IMG/VR virus record: IMGVR_UViG_2974750029_000001
Location: 1,219-65,218 of that record
Direction: 5' to 3' (one strand)
DNA from: a virus
Taxonomy: Duplodnaviria; Caudoviricetes
DNA length: 64,000 nucleotides
Both the position numbers and the translations under genes were made by a program. Position 1 is the stretch's first letter. Each line of letters begins with the position of its first letter. Below the pieces are notes generated by a model. The model did not search any database. It was not told the DNA's origin and saw nothing but the letters and a program-made list of their open reading frames with translations. This document shows, in pieces, positions 8,608 through 18,420 of this stretch.

Positions 8608-8624
8608 CCGGTATCATTCCGGTT

Positions 8625-8807
8625 ATGGCACAACGGCGGCGCAGGGGTGGCGCGCTCAACACCCGCAAGAAGGGCAAGGCGAAGAACGGGGCCAAGTGGG
8701 GCCACGGCTTCGTCCCCAAGAACGCCGCCGCGCGCAAGCTGAAGAAGAAGCTCGACCGCAACGGCAAGCGCCGCAAGCGAACCGCCCAGGGGTACCCGAA
8801 GCGATGA
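8625..8807 (+). CDS. Small very basic protein
   Basis: 60 aa K/R-rich; TATCAT at 8612-8617 suggests a leaderless start; ATGA overlap with the HNH gene. Confidence 0.7.
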   Translation: MAQRRRRGGALNTRKKGKAKNGAKWGHGFVPKNAAARKLKKKLDRNGKRRKRTAQGYPKR

Positions 8808-9235
8808 CCGGTCGCGCGCCGAAGACGTGCTCGTGGCGCGACCCCGAAGACGCCTCCCGCGGGTGCTCGCGTCGCGCCGAGGAGGCACCGAACGGCGACG
8901 ACTTCCGGTGCCGTGCGCACTGGCGGAAGACCCTGGCGGGGAAGGGCCCTCGGCGCGTCCGGCCGCTGACGATCGCCGAGAAGGAGTACATCCGCGAGCG
9001 CGATCACCACGTCTGCCGGGAGTGCGGGGAGTTCGCGCACGAGGTCGATCACATCGTCGAGGTCGCCGACGGCGGCGGCAACGAGCCGAGCAACCTCCAG
9101 CTCCTCTGCGACCGGCACCATGCGGCCAAGACGCGAGCCAGCCAGGAGGCATGGAATCCTGGTGTCCGGCGGGGCACCTCGGCACGAGCGCAGGCGAAAC
9201 GCAAGGCCCGCGCCGCGGGTCTCTACATCCAGTAG
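8804..9235 (+). CDS. HNH endonuclease (packaging-associated)
   Basis: RD...CRECG....EVDHI....GG.....NLQLLC..HH..KT directly upstream of the terminase. Confidence 0.9.
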   Translation: MTGRAPKTCSWRDPEDASRGCSRRAEEAPNGDDFRCRAHWRKTLAGKGPRRVRPLTIAEKEYIRERDHHVCRECGEFAHEVDHIVEVADGGGNEPSNLQLLCDRHHAAKTRASQEAWNPGVRRGTSARAQAKRKARAAGLYIQ

Positions 9236-9261
9236 GGGGATGACCGGGGAGGGTCAGGAAA

Positions 9262-10989
9262 ATGAGGGTCGAGTACCCAGCGGTCGAGGACGATGACGTC
9301 ACCTACCCAACGCTTGGGCCGCAGGTCGCGGCGTTCATCGAGGACCGGTTCACCTACGGCCCCGGCTCGCTTCAGGGGCTCCCGGCGAAGCTGACCGACG
9401 ACCAGCGCCGGGTGCTGTACCGCGCCTACGAGCACTTCCCCAAGGGGTACAAGCTCTACGGGATGGACAAGACCGGACACCGCCGCTTCCAGCGGGTTTC
9501 GTGGTCGGTGCGCAAGGGCTCGGCCAAGACCGAGTTCATGGCCTGGGTGACCGCGTGCGAGCTGCACCCCGAGTCACCGGTCCGGTTCTGCGGGTACATC
9601 GAGGACATCACCGATGAGCAGCGCGAGAAGTGGACCGACGAGGAGTACGAGCAGTTCAAGAAGTACGGCATGGCCCCTGGTCGGCCGGTGAACAACCCCT
9701 ACATCCCGCTGCTGGCCTACACCAAGGACCAGACCGAGGAGCTCGCGTTCGGCGCGCTGCGGTCGATCCTCGAAACCTCGCCGGACGCCGACCTGTTCGA
9801 CATCGGCAAGCAACGCATCATCCGCAAGAACGAGTTCGGCGCAGAGGACGGCAAGTGCCATGCGCTGGCCGGTAACCCGAACTCCGCCGACGGTGCGCGC
9901 ACCACGTTTCAGGGCCTCGACGAGACGCACCGCCTCTACACCCCGACGCACCGCGACGCGATCGAGACGATGATCCAGAACCTCCCGAAGCGGCCGATGG
10001 AGGACCCGTGGCAGCTCGCGATCACCACCGCGGGTGAGCCGGGGCAGGGGTCCTACGCCGAGGACGAGTACCGCGAGGGGATCGCCTGCGCCGAGGGCAA
10101 GAAGGTCTCGAAGGGCTTCTACTTCCTGCACCGGCAGGCACCGGACGGCTCGAAGTTCGACACCATGCAGCAGCGCATGGCGGCGATCTGGGAGGCCACC
10201 AGCCCCGACGTCCGCAAGTGGACGCGATTCGACTCGATCGCGGCCAACTGGGACCGCGATGGCGCGGACACCCAGTACCTGGAGCGGGTGTGGTGCAACC
10301 GCTGGACGCAGACCGCGGCGCAGGCCTTCGACAAGGAGGAGTTCGAGGCCCTCGGCGACCCGCGGTTCAAGATCCCCGATGGCTCGTTCGTCACGGTCGG
10401 GTTCGACGGCGCGAAGTTCCAGGACTCAACGGGATTCGTCGTCACCGACATCAAGACCGGCACCCAGAACGTGCTCGGCTTCTGGGAGCGGCCCGACGAC
10501 GACAAGATCGCACGGGACGCCGACGGCAAGAAGGTCAAGTGGCAGGTCCCCGAGGTCGAGGTCAACCACGCCTTCGCCGAGATCATGCGCCGGTTCAAGG
10601 TGTGGCGGGTCTACGCGGATCCGCCGCACTGGGTGGAGACTGTCGGCGCGTGGCACGCGGCCTACCCCGACCAGGTCTTCGAGTTCTGGACGAAGGACCC
10701 GACGCGCATGTACTACGCGGCGAAGTCGTACCGGAGTGCCATTTCCAGCGGGTCCCTTTCGCACGACGGCGATCCCGATTTCATCAAGCACATCGGCAAC
10801 GCGGGCAAGCGCACCACTCGCGGTGAGGACGAGGACGGCGAGCCCCGGTTCGTGCTCACGAAGATCGCCTACGACCGCAAGTTCGACCTGACGATGGCTG
10901 GAATCCTATCCTGGCAGGCGCGCATGGACGCGATCAACGAGGGCGCGCAGCCGCCGGTCGACGCGATGGAGATCATCCGAGTCCGGTGA
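9262..10989 (+). CDS. terL: Terminase large subunit
   Basis: Walker A VRKGSAKT, Walker B GLDETH, ITTAG coupling motif, nuclease GFDGAKFQDSTG and KFD. Confidence 0.95.
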   Translation: MRVEYPAVEDDDVTYPTLGPQVAAFIEDRFTYGPGSLQGLPAKLTDDQRRVLYRAYEHFPKGYKLYGMDKTGHRRFQRVSWSVRKGSAKTEFMAWVTACELHPESPVRFCGYIEDITDEQREKWTDEEYEQFKKYGMAPGRPVNNPYIPLLAYTKDQTEELAFGALRSILETSPDADLFDIGKQRIIRKNEFGAEDGKCHALAGNPNSADGARTTFQGLDETHRLYTPTHRDAIETMIQNLPKRPMEDPWQLAITTAGEPGQGSYAEDEYREGIACAEGKKVSKGFYFLHRQAPDGSKFDTMQQRMAAIWEATSPDVRKWTRFDSIAANWDRDGADTQYLERVWCNRWTQTAAQAFDKEEFEALGDPRFKIPDGSFVTVGFDGAKFQDSTGFVVTDIKTGTQNVLGFWERPDDDKIARDADGKKVKWQVPEVEVNHAFAEIMRRFKVWRVYADPPHWVETVGAWHAAYPDQVFEFWTKDPTRMYYAAKSYRSAISSGSLSHDGDPDFIKHIGNAGKRTTRGEDEDGEPRFVLTKIAYDRKFDLTMAGILSWQARMDAINEGAQPPVDAMEIIRVR

Positions 10990-12608
10990 GTCTAGCTGTT
11001 ACAGTTGACGAAACCGATGAGGGAGATGGTGTGGGGGTTATCTACGGCCAGGCCGTAAAGGCGGTGTCGCCGGTCGGCGACATCGAGCCGACACCCGACT
11101 GGTTCCTCATCTACTCGCTGAAGGAGATCCTCGCGCAGAAGGATCGGCACGAACGTCTGCGTAAGTACGTCGAGGGCGACCCGCCGAAGCCCCAGACGCC
11201 CGGCAACACCAGCGAGGACTCCTGGAAGGAGTTCGAGGCCTTCCGCAAGAAGTCCCGCACCAACTACGCCGGGCAGATCATCGGCGCGTGCGTCGACCGG
11301 ACCACCGTCCAGGGGTTCCGCACCGCGAAGGACCACGACACCGACGGCGACAAGGAAGCCCGTAGGCTCTGGGATGACAATGACCTGGACATCAAGGGCG
11401 ACAAGGCGATCTCCGAGGCCTACACCTACGGCAAGGGCTACTTGCTGGCCGACCCGCTGACGAAGAAGGCCAAGCACTTCAGGCCGTGGCAGGCGATCCT
11501 CATCAAGGACACCGCCGACGAGCCGCGAGCGGGGCTGTGCATCGAGCACAATCCGACCGAGGGGCGTGACTACGCCTACCTCTACCTGCGCGACATCGAC
11601 GACTACGGCCAGGCGACCGGCAAGGTCTCCGTTCACATCGCGGTCCGAGACCGGGACAACCGTGCCAATGTGCGCGGCGGGATCTTCACCCGAGAGGTTC
11701 CCATCACCACCGCGATGACCCGGTCGTGGACCTGGTGGAAGACCGTCGACACCGACCTGGAAATCATCCCCCTCGTCGCCTTCGAGAACCGGGACGAGTG
11801 CGGCGAGTTCGAGAACGACACGGACGTACTGGACCGGATCAACCACATGCTCCTCCAGCGCGTCGTCATCGCGACGATGCAGGCGTTCAAGCAGCGCGCG
11901 ATCAAGGGCAAGTTCCCGAAGTACGACGACAAGGGCAACGAGATCGACTACAACGATCGGTTCCCCGCCGACCCGAACGCGCTGTGGCTCCTGCCCGAAA
12001 CCGCGGAGATCTGGGAGTCCGGCCAGACTTCGATCCAGGACATCCTGTCCGCGGTGAAGGACGACGTCCGAGACCTCGCGTCGGTGACTCGCACGCCGAT
12101 GAACTACTTCAGCTCGGATGCGGCGAACCAGTCGGCGACCGGCTCCGAGCTCCAGAACGACTCCTACCTGCTAAAGATCCGAGATCGCAAGGCGCGGTTC
12201 CGCTCCCGGTGGGTCCGTTTCATGCACCTCATGTTCACGATCAACGGCGACACCGAGCGAGCTGATATGTCGCAGCTCGCCGTCATCTGGATGCCGAGCG
12301 ACAACGTCTCGATCACCGACCGCTACTCCGCGGCGACGCAGGCGAAGAGCCTGGGCCTGTCGCTGCGGACCATCATGCGCGAGGTGCTCAACTACGCGCC
12401 GGAGGACATCGAGGTCGCGGAGCTGGAGATGATCTCGGAGACGCTGAAGAACGCGATCCGTGTCACCGAGCCCGGCCAGACTACCGGCGCGAATCCTGCT
12501 GCGCAGACGCCGCTTCAGCAGCGCGCCGCGTCGGCCGCTGCGCTGACATCGAGCAACGGGGCCACCAGCCGGTCCACCGGCGCGACCGCAGGTAGGTCCG
12601 GCCAGTGA
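10986..12608 (+). CDS. Portal protein
   Basis: 540 aa after the terminase; SPP1-gp6-like motifs (TNYAG.I...VDR, GEFE...DRIN, NQSA.G). Confidence 0.92.
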   Translation: MSLAVTVDETDEGDGVGVIYGQAVKAVSPVGDIEPTPDWFLIYSLKEILAQKDRHERLRKYVEGDPPKPQTPGNTSEDSWKEFEAFRKKSRTNYAGQIIGACVDRTTVQGFRTAKDHDTDGDKEARRLWDDNDLDIKGDKAISEAYTYGKGYLLADPLTKKAKHFRPWQAILIKDTADEPRAGLCIEHNPTEGRDYAYLYLRDIDDYGQATGKVSVHIAVRDRDNRANVRGGIFTREVPITTAMTRSWTWWKTVDTDLEIIPLVAFENRDECGEFENDTDVLDRINHMLLQRVVIATMQAFKQRAIKGKFPKYDDKGNEIDYNDRFPADPNALWLLPETAEIWESGQTSIQDILSAVKDDVRDLASVTRTPMNYFSSDAANQSATGSELQNDSYLLKIRDRKARFRSRWVRFMHLMFTINGDTERADMSQLAVIWMPSDNVSITDRYSAATQAKSLGLSLRTIMREVLNYAPEDIEVAELEMISETLKNAIRVTEPGQTTGANPAAQTPLQQRAASAAALTSSNGATSRSTGATAGRSGQ

Positions 12609-13954
12609 CCACGCCGGGCTCGCTAGCGCCACGGCCGAGCCTCCTCGACGTCCCGGCGGTCCCGCCGGAGGACATGACGGCCGAGGAGCAGGAGCAGTGG
12701 ACCGTCGCGCAGGTCGCCGCGATCACGCTGGCGGCCGCGTCGGCGCGCGAGCAGGTCGCCACGAACACCACTCTCGCGCTGGTTCCCTTGCTGCGCCTGA
12801 TCAATCCCTACAACGAGGAGGCCGTGACGCGCTTCGCCAAGGAGGCGGCGCAGCTCGTCACCGCGGGGATTGACCAGGTCGGCCGGGTCGCGTGGGCCGC
12901 GGTGTCGTCGCGTCTGTCGGTGCAGGGATATACCCTGTCCACCCGGTACCAGCCGCCCGCCGACGGCCGGACGACCGACCTCGAAGTGGCTTACAAGCGT
13001 GTCGCTGCGGACTACCGCCGTCGCGTCGCCGCCGGGCCGGACTCGATCCGCGGCACCATCGCGCAGGCCGAGGAAGAACGGTTCCAGGCGATCGGCGGGG
13101 CCGTTGTCGCCGAGGGTCGCCGAGGGGAGAGCAATGCCGAAATCGAAGGCACGAAGCGGACACCGGCAAAGGGTGCAGGCTCGACGGGATCGTCAGACCG
13201 CGCGACGAGTTCGAGCAAAGCAGCGGGAGGCAGCGGTTCGGAACGGACTGGAGAGTCCGACCCCAAGCCTCGCCCTACCCCCTCTGACCAGGCCGTCAAC
13301 GACACCCGCGAAGATCGCGACGGTGCCGCTGCGGCAGGAGAACTCCCTTCGGGTGCCAGCGCGGCTGACGCAGCCGCCGAGGACGCCGCTCGCGCCGAGG
13401 CCGAGCTTCGCCGTGAAGCAGCCCTGAGCGATGCCGAGAAGCAGCGGCTACTCGAACAGGTCGCACAGCAGGAGATGGAGATCCGCCTGGAGCGGATGGT
13501 CAACGACGACCTCTCGATGGCGAACCGATCCGCGTTCCGCAATGCGATCAACGCGGCACCGAAGGGGGTAATCACCGGCTACCGGCGGGTGTTGCACCCC
13601 GAGCTGTCGCAGTCCGGCCAGTCCTGCGGGCTCTGCGTGGCGGCCTCGACGCGGATCTACAAGAAGAAGGATCTGCTGCCGATCCACAACCTCTGCAACT
13701 GCGAACCGATCGAGATCGTCAAGGGTCGCGATGTAGGGCAACAGATCAACGACGAAGACCTCGATACTCTGTACGGCGAGGCGGGTTTCAGCACCCACCG
13801 CACAGATCTGTCGAACACGAAGTACACCGTGTTCAACCACCCAGAGCTCGGGCCGGTCCTCCGGTCTGTGCCGAGGAGCAAGAAGCGAAAGCCCGTGGAC
13901 ATCCAGTTCAGCCCGCGGGAATCGTCAACCGACCGGGGAGGTCAACAGCAATGA
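12605..13954 (+). CDS. Capsid maturation protease / MuF-like minor head protein
   Basis: After the portal; GYRRVLHPELS.SG.SCGLCVAASTRIY...LLPIH..CNC motif. Confidence 0.75.
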   Translation: MTTPGSLAPRPSLLDVPAVPPEDMTAEEQEQWTVAQVAAITLAAASAREQVATNTTLALVPLLRLINPYNEEAVTRFAKEAAQLVTAGIDQVGRVAWAAVSSRLSVQGYTLSTRYQPPADGRTTDLEVAYKRVAADYRRRVAAGPDSIRGTIAQAEEERFQAIGGAVVAEGRRGESNAEIEGTKRTPAKGAGSTGSSDRATSSSKAAGGSGSERTGESDPKPRPTPSDQAVNDTREDRDGAAAAGELPSGASAADAAAEDAARAEAELRREAALSDAEKQRLLEQVAQQEMEIRLERMVNDDLSMANRSAFRNAINAAPKGVITGYRRVLHPELSQSGQSCGLCVAASTRIYKKKDLLPIHNLCNCEPIEIVKGRDVGQQINDEDLDTLYGEAGFSTHRTDLSNTKYTVFNHPELGPVLRSVPRSKKRKPVDIQFSPRESSTDRGGQQQ

Positions 13955-14625
13955 TGAAGTCGTTCAACAAGAGCCGCGTGATCGCGGCCGCCCTGCCGCT
14001 CGACGGGGACCTGCCGTTCACCGGCCGACCGGTGCGCGCGGCCCGCGCGATCCCGCGTCGTGACCCCGACGGCCACGACAACGGCGGCAAGGGCAAAGGC
14101 GGCGGTGACGGTGACGGCGAAGGCGAAGGCGACGAGCCGACGCCGGTCGACGTCAAGGGATCTCCCGAGTACAAGGCCCTCGCCACCGAGGCGCAGAAGC
14201 ACAAGGACGACCTCGCCACTCTGCGCGCCGAGCTCGAAGAGCTGAAGAACAAGGATCTCCCCGAGGACGAGCGCCAGCGCGCCGCCGAGGTGGCGACCAA
14301 GGTCTCGGAGGCGGTGTCGGCCAAGGAGGTCGAGCTGACCGACCTCTACGAGACTCGAATCGCCAAGCTGCACGACGAAATCATCGACTCCACGATCGAC
14401 GGCGTCTTCGCCGGTGGGTCGCTGGACAAGAAGGATTTCGTCGACATCATCGCGACTTTGGACAAGGCCCAATTCGTCACCGATGATGGCACTGTCGATC
14501 GGGAGAAGATCAAGCGGGTTCTGACTCCGATTACCAAGGCGGCGACCTCACGGCCTCCCCGTACTTCTGGGGTCGCGCGGGTGGCACAGAACAACGGCTT
14601 TGGTCGATACCTGAAGCAGGACTGA
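13951..14625 (+). CDS. Scaffolding protein
   Basis: Charged coiled-coil protein before the decoration and capsid genes. Confidence 0.8.
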   Translation: MMKSFNKSRVIAAALPLDGDLPFTGRPVRAARAIPRRDPDGHDNGGKGKGGGDGDGEGEGDEPTPVDVKGSPEYKALATEAQKHKDDLATLRAELEELKNKDLPEDERQRAAEVATKVSEAVSAKEVELTDLYETRIAKLHDEIIDSTIDGVFAGGSLDKKDFVDIIATLDKAQFVTDDGTVDREKIKRVLTPITKAATSRPPRTSGVARVAQNNGFGRYLKQD

Positions 14626-14642
14626 GAGAAGGAGAAGGCTCG

Positions 14643-15089
14643 ATGGCCGGATTGACCCCCACGCGGAGCACCAACAAGAACGTCCGCGACAACACCTGGC
14701 TGGCCTCGGCCGACGGGCTGGAATACGCAGGCAGCGCAACGCTGCACGCGGCCAGCCTCTCCGCCGCGGGCAACCACAAGCTCGACAACTGGCTCCGCAG
14801 CGGCACTCCGCTCGGCAAGGTCACCACGGCCGGTGCGACGAAGGGCCAGTACGGCCTCTACGACCCCGCCGCGTCCGATGGCCGCCAGCACCACGTCGCG
14901 TTCCTCGTCGACTCGGTGCAGCTCGTCGATCCCGTGTCGGGCGTGACGAATACGCCGATCACCGGAGCGATCATCGAGCGGGGCCAGATCCTCGTCGGCC
15001 GTCTCCCGGTGGCTTTCACCCCGGCGGACACCGTCGACGGCGATGGCGACGTCACCGCGTCGGTGTCGAAGCACTTCATCTACCGGTAG
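14643..15089 (+). CDS. Head decoration protein
   Basis: SGTPLGK....G.YGLYDPAASDGRQ motif of lambda gpD-like proteins; precedes the capsid gene. Confidence 0.85.
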   Translation: MAGLTPTRSTNKNVRDNTWLASADGLEYAGSATLHAASLSAAGNHKLDNWLRSGTPLGKVTTAGATKGQYGLYDPAASDGRQHHVAFLVDSVQLVDPVSGVTNTPITGAIIERGQILVGRLPVAFTPADTVDGDGDVTASVSKHFIYR

Positions 15090-15129
15090 ACCTCGGGCTC
15101 GACAGAGACCAGAAGACAGGAGAGGGTAA

Positions 15130-16197
15130 ATGCCCATCAATCGCGATTTCGTCGATCCCGCGGAGTTGACTTCGCAGGTTCGCGTGGCGCTGGCGGATCA
15201 GGACATCAACGGTCCGAACACGCTTGCGCCATACCTGCCGTCGGAGACCATCGACGACATCGAGTACAACGCCGAGACCGGTCAGGGTGGCCTGGTCGAG
15301 GCGGCCATGTACCGCGCGTTCGACGCCGAGCTGCCGCTGGCGAACGACGAGGCGCTTGGCAACATGCGCGGTCGTATCCACCCGCTCGGCCAGAAGATCC
15401 CTCTCCTGGAGGAGGATCGCATTCGCCTGCGCAACGGTGCCGAGAGTGGGCTCACCGCCTACATCGAGCGCACCTCCAAGCGCATCGCGAAGGCCGTTGC
15501 GCTTCAGATCAACCTGAAGCGCGCGGAGGCTCTGTCCACCGGCAAGCTGAAGTTCGTCGGCAACCGCCAGGACTTCGAGGTCGACTTCGGCCGCCGCGCC
15601 GACTTCACCGCGACGGCGACCGACCTCTTCAGCGATCCCGACGTCGATCCGTTCGGCGTCCTGGAGGATCTGAACGAGGAGTACTACGACGAGAACGGTT
15701 TCGAGATCGGAACCTTCCTCGCGCCGAAGGAGGTCAAGAACGCCTTCTACCGGCACCCGCTGGTCACCGCGCTCGCGTTCGGACGCAAGCCGACCGACGT
15801 GCCGGACGGTGCAGTGGCACCCCCGTCGGCGATCGACGCTCTCTTCGGCGAGCGCAACCTGCCGGGCTTCACCAAGGTCGGCGGCCGCATCAAGGTGCGC
15901 AACCTCGACGAGTCGGTGACGATCAAGGATCTGCTCCCGCGGGACACCCTGATCGCTCTCCCCGGCGCGGGTGACGCCTCGGTGGCGGGGTCGTCCGAGC
16001 TCGGGTCGACCTTCTGGGGCAAGACCATCGAGGCCGACAAGCCCGAGTGGGGCCTGTCCGCCGAGGAGGGAGCCGGTATCGTCGCCGCTGTCCACGACAA
16101 CGACGACGTCCCGGCTCGCATGTGGGTTTCGGCTCACGCGATCGCCATGCCGGTCCTGGTCAACCCGAACTACTCGGCCGCGCTGAAGGTTCTCTGA
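15130..16197 (+). CDS. Major capsid protein (lambda gpE-like)
   Basis: 355 aa; YRAFDAE, VDFG and AIAMPVLVNPN motifs; position. Confidence 0.92.
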   Translation: MPINRDFVDPAELTSQVRVALADQDINGPNTLAPYLPSETIDDIEYNAETGQGGLVEAAMYRAFDAELPLANDEALGNMRGRIHPLGQKIPLLEEDRIRLRNGAESGLTAYIERTSKRIAKAVALQINLKRAEALSTGKLKFVGNRQDFEVDFGRRADFTATATDLFSDPDVDPFGVLEDLNEEYYDENGFEIGTFLAPKEVKNAFYRHPLVTALAFGRKPTDVPDGAVAPPSAIDALFGERNLPGFTKVGGRIKVRNLDESVTIKDLLPRDTLIALPGAGDASVAGSSELGSTFWGKTIEADKPEWGLSAEEGAGIVAAVHDNDDVPARMWVSAHAIAMPVLVNPNYSAALKVL

Positions 16198-16198
16198 C

Positions 16199-16642
16199 AT
16201 GGCGGCGCGCAAGCTGAAGACCCACGTGTTCCTGCGTGAGCCCGGCGCGCTGTCCCTGACGTCCTTCGGACCGGATGACACCCTCCCCGACTGGGCTGTG
16301 AAGCTCACCGAGGGAAAGGATCACCTGTTCGTGGAGCAGGAGCCCGACCGCGACCCGGTCGATCTCCCGCTTCCGAAGGATCAGGACCCGCAGGCCGACC
16401 TCGACTACGCCGACACCGGCGAAGCGGTCGGCAAGGAGCCCGCGGCGAGCGAGCAGGGTGACACCCAGCTCGTCGACCGGGCCGCGGAGGACGAGGACGA
16501 CGAGCCGGAGCAGCCCAAGGGCAACGCTTCTCGCGAGGCCTGGGCTCGGTTCGCCGACGAGAGCGGCGTTCCGGTCACCGACGAGATGAGCCGCGACGAC
16601 ATCAGGGCCGCTTGTGCCGATGCCGGAGTGCTCGACGACTAG
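16199..16642 (+). CDS. Hypothetical virion-associated protein
   Basis: FGP.D.LPDWA N-terminus, acidic linker, PKGNASREAW...MSRDDI C-terminal module. Confidence 0.75.
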   Translation: MAARKLKTHVFLREPGALSLTSFGPDDTLPDWAVKLTEGKDHLFVEQEPDRDPVDLPLPKDQDPQADLDYADTGEAVGKEPAASEQGDTQLVDRAAEDEDDEPEQPKGNASREAWARFADESGVPVTDEMSRDDIRAACADAGVLDD

Positions 16643-16686
16643 CCAGACAGCGAGAGGTCCGCAACAGGAAAAGGGAGGCGATCGTA

Positions 16687-17142
16687 ATGGCAGTACTGGC
16701 AACGTTTGACGACGTCCAGCGCGGATACGAGAAGCCCATCCCCCAATCTCTGAAGCCGAAGGTGGAAGAGTTCCTGCGGCGGGCCTCTCGTCGTCTGCGC
16801 CTGATGGTGCCGAAGCTCCAGGCGACCATCGACAAGGTGCTCGCGGAGAGCTCCTACGACCCGGCCCTGCCGGAGTCGGAAACCAACGAGATCCCTGACG
16901 TCGTCGGATACGCACGAGACATGATCGTGCAGGCGGCCGAGGTCAAGCTCCGCAACTTCGGCGGGTTCTCCTCGGAGAGCGCCGGTGTCTTCTCGGTGAC
17001 CCGCGAGGACTACTGGTCCACCGGCCGAATCGACTTCTCCCCGGCCGATCTCGAACTCCTCCAGGAGTCGATCGACGACTCCTTCGGGGAGCTGCTGACC
17101 GGACCGATCCGGTCCCCGATCCCTTGCACGAGGTGGCCGTGA
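16687..17142 (+). CDS. Head-to-tail adaptor
   Basis: LATFDDV start and RNFGGFSSESAG motif (Gp19/Gp15-like); GGGAGG RBS. Confidence 0.8.
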   Translation: MAVLATFDDVQRGYEKPIPQSLKPKVEEFLRRASRRLRLMVPKLQATIDKVLAESSYDPALPESETNEIPDVVGYARDMIVQAAEVKLRNFGGFSSESAGVFSVTREDYWSTGRIDFSPADLELLQESIDDSFGELLTGPIRSPIPCTRWP

Positions 17143-17540
17143 TCGGCGTCAACACCCTCGCTGGCTCGGTCGACATCGAGGTCTGGCGAGAGGCCGAACA
17201 GGACTCGTGGGGCGACAAGCCGAAGAGCAACCTGGCGAAGGCCTTCGTCCTCGAATGCGTGGCCCTGGTGCCGCGCACCACGACCATCGCGACCAACGAC
17301 TCCTTCCGCGAGAGAATCGAATCCGGCTACACGATGTGGCTGTCGAGCGAGGACATCGCGCGCCTGCGGGAGACCGACGAGTTCCGCGTGACCTTCCCGA
17401 CGGGCCAGGCCGTCGCGTTCGCGCTCGACGGCAGCCTCGAAGGCCTTCTCTGGGACATGAACCCCCTCTCCAGCTTCGACCTCGGGAACGAGGTCAACCT
17501 GAAGTTCCTCCGGCGCATCGGCTCTCGATCCGATGGCTGA
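17139..17540 (+). CDS. Head-to-tail stopper (putative)
   Basis: Position and size; D.WGD motif; GTGA overlap. Confidence 0.65.
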   Translation: MIGVNTLAGSVDIEVWREAEQDSWGDKPKSNLAKAFVLECVALVPRTTTIATNDSFRERIESGYTMWLSSEDIARLRETDEFRVTFPTGQAVAFALDGSLEGLLWDMNPLSSFDLGNEVNLKFLRRIGSRSDG

Positions 17541-17877
17541 CGACAAGATGCGCGGCGGGTACCGGCAGAACACCCGCGGGTTCGGCCAGCTCCTCCGGCG
17601 CTCGAAGCCGCTGGACCGCGCGCTGCGCTACGAGGCCGTCCAGATCGCCTGGTACTTCCGCAACAAGCACCCCCGCGACGGCAAGACCCCGGCGTCGGCC
17701 GACATGGTCAAGGTGGTCAAGCGGGTGCCCGGCGGCCGCCGCAAGGACCGCATGGAGATGCGCGTGGTCGCCTACGACCAGCGCAACATGAAGGAAGCAG
17801 TGAAGACGCTAAAGGCGGGACTGCGGCATACGTCCGGCGGCCGCAAGATCTCGGCCAGGGGGAGGATCTCGAATTGA
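17533..17877 (+). CDS. Neck-region hypothetical protein
   Basis: Basic 114 aa protein between stopper and tail terminator. Confidence 0.7.
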   Translation: MADDKMRGGYRQNTRGFGQLLRRSKPLDRALRYEAVQIAWYFRNKHPRDGKTPASADMVKVVKRVPGGRRKDRMEMRVVAYDQRNMKEAVKTLKAGLRHTSGGRKISARGRISN

Positions 17878-18389
17878 CTTGGACGCAGCCAGAACTGGGC
17901 GAGCTCGTCGCGGAGGCGGCGGAGCTGTACGACGGGTTCAACAGCGACTTCCCCGAAGGCGCGGTCTACCCCGACATCGAGAAGCTGCTCGCGAAGGTGC
18001 TCCGGCCACTGGTCGAGAAGGACAGCCACATCGGCAATTTCGTGGTCTCCGACTACGACCAGGACAGCATCGACGAGGACACCGGTGAGGAGGTCGCAGG
18101 ACCCTTCATCGAGATCCACCGGCGGGGTGGGGAGTACGACCCCGACGACTTTAGCTACTACCCGAACGTAGAGGTACTGTTCTGGGGTAAGTCGAGGCCG
18201 GTGGCGAACGACACGGCACACAAGGGGACGATCCTTCTCCTCGGGTGCAGTGGAGCCGTCATCGACGGCGTCCAGATCGACCTGCTGGAAGACGCGACGG
18301 GAGACGAGGAAGTTCGTCAGAACAACTTCGACGATCGTTGCGTGACACGGCAGTTCCGAGTTGGATACCGACCCACCTACCCCGACTGA
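17874..18389 (+). CDS. Tail terminator (putative)
   Basis: Acidic; PDIE and PFIEIHRRGG motifs; precedes the major tail gene. Confidence 0.75.
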   Translation: MTWTQPELGELVAEAAELYDGFNSDFPEGAVYPDIEKLLAKVLRPLVEKDSHIGNFVVSDYDQDSIDEDTGEEVAGPFIEIHRRGGEYDPDDFSYYPNVEVLFWGKSRPVANDTAHKGTILLLGCSGAVIDGVQIDLLEDATGDEEVRQNNFDDRCVTRQFRVGYRPTYPD

Positions 18390-18420
18390 GCTCGGGACCT
18401 AACAGAAGGAGACAGGCAAG

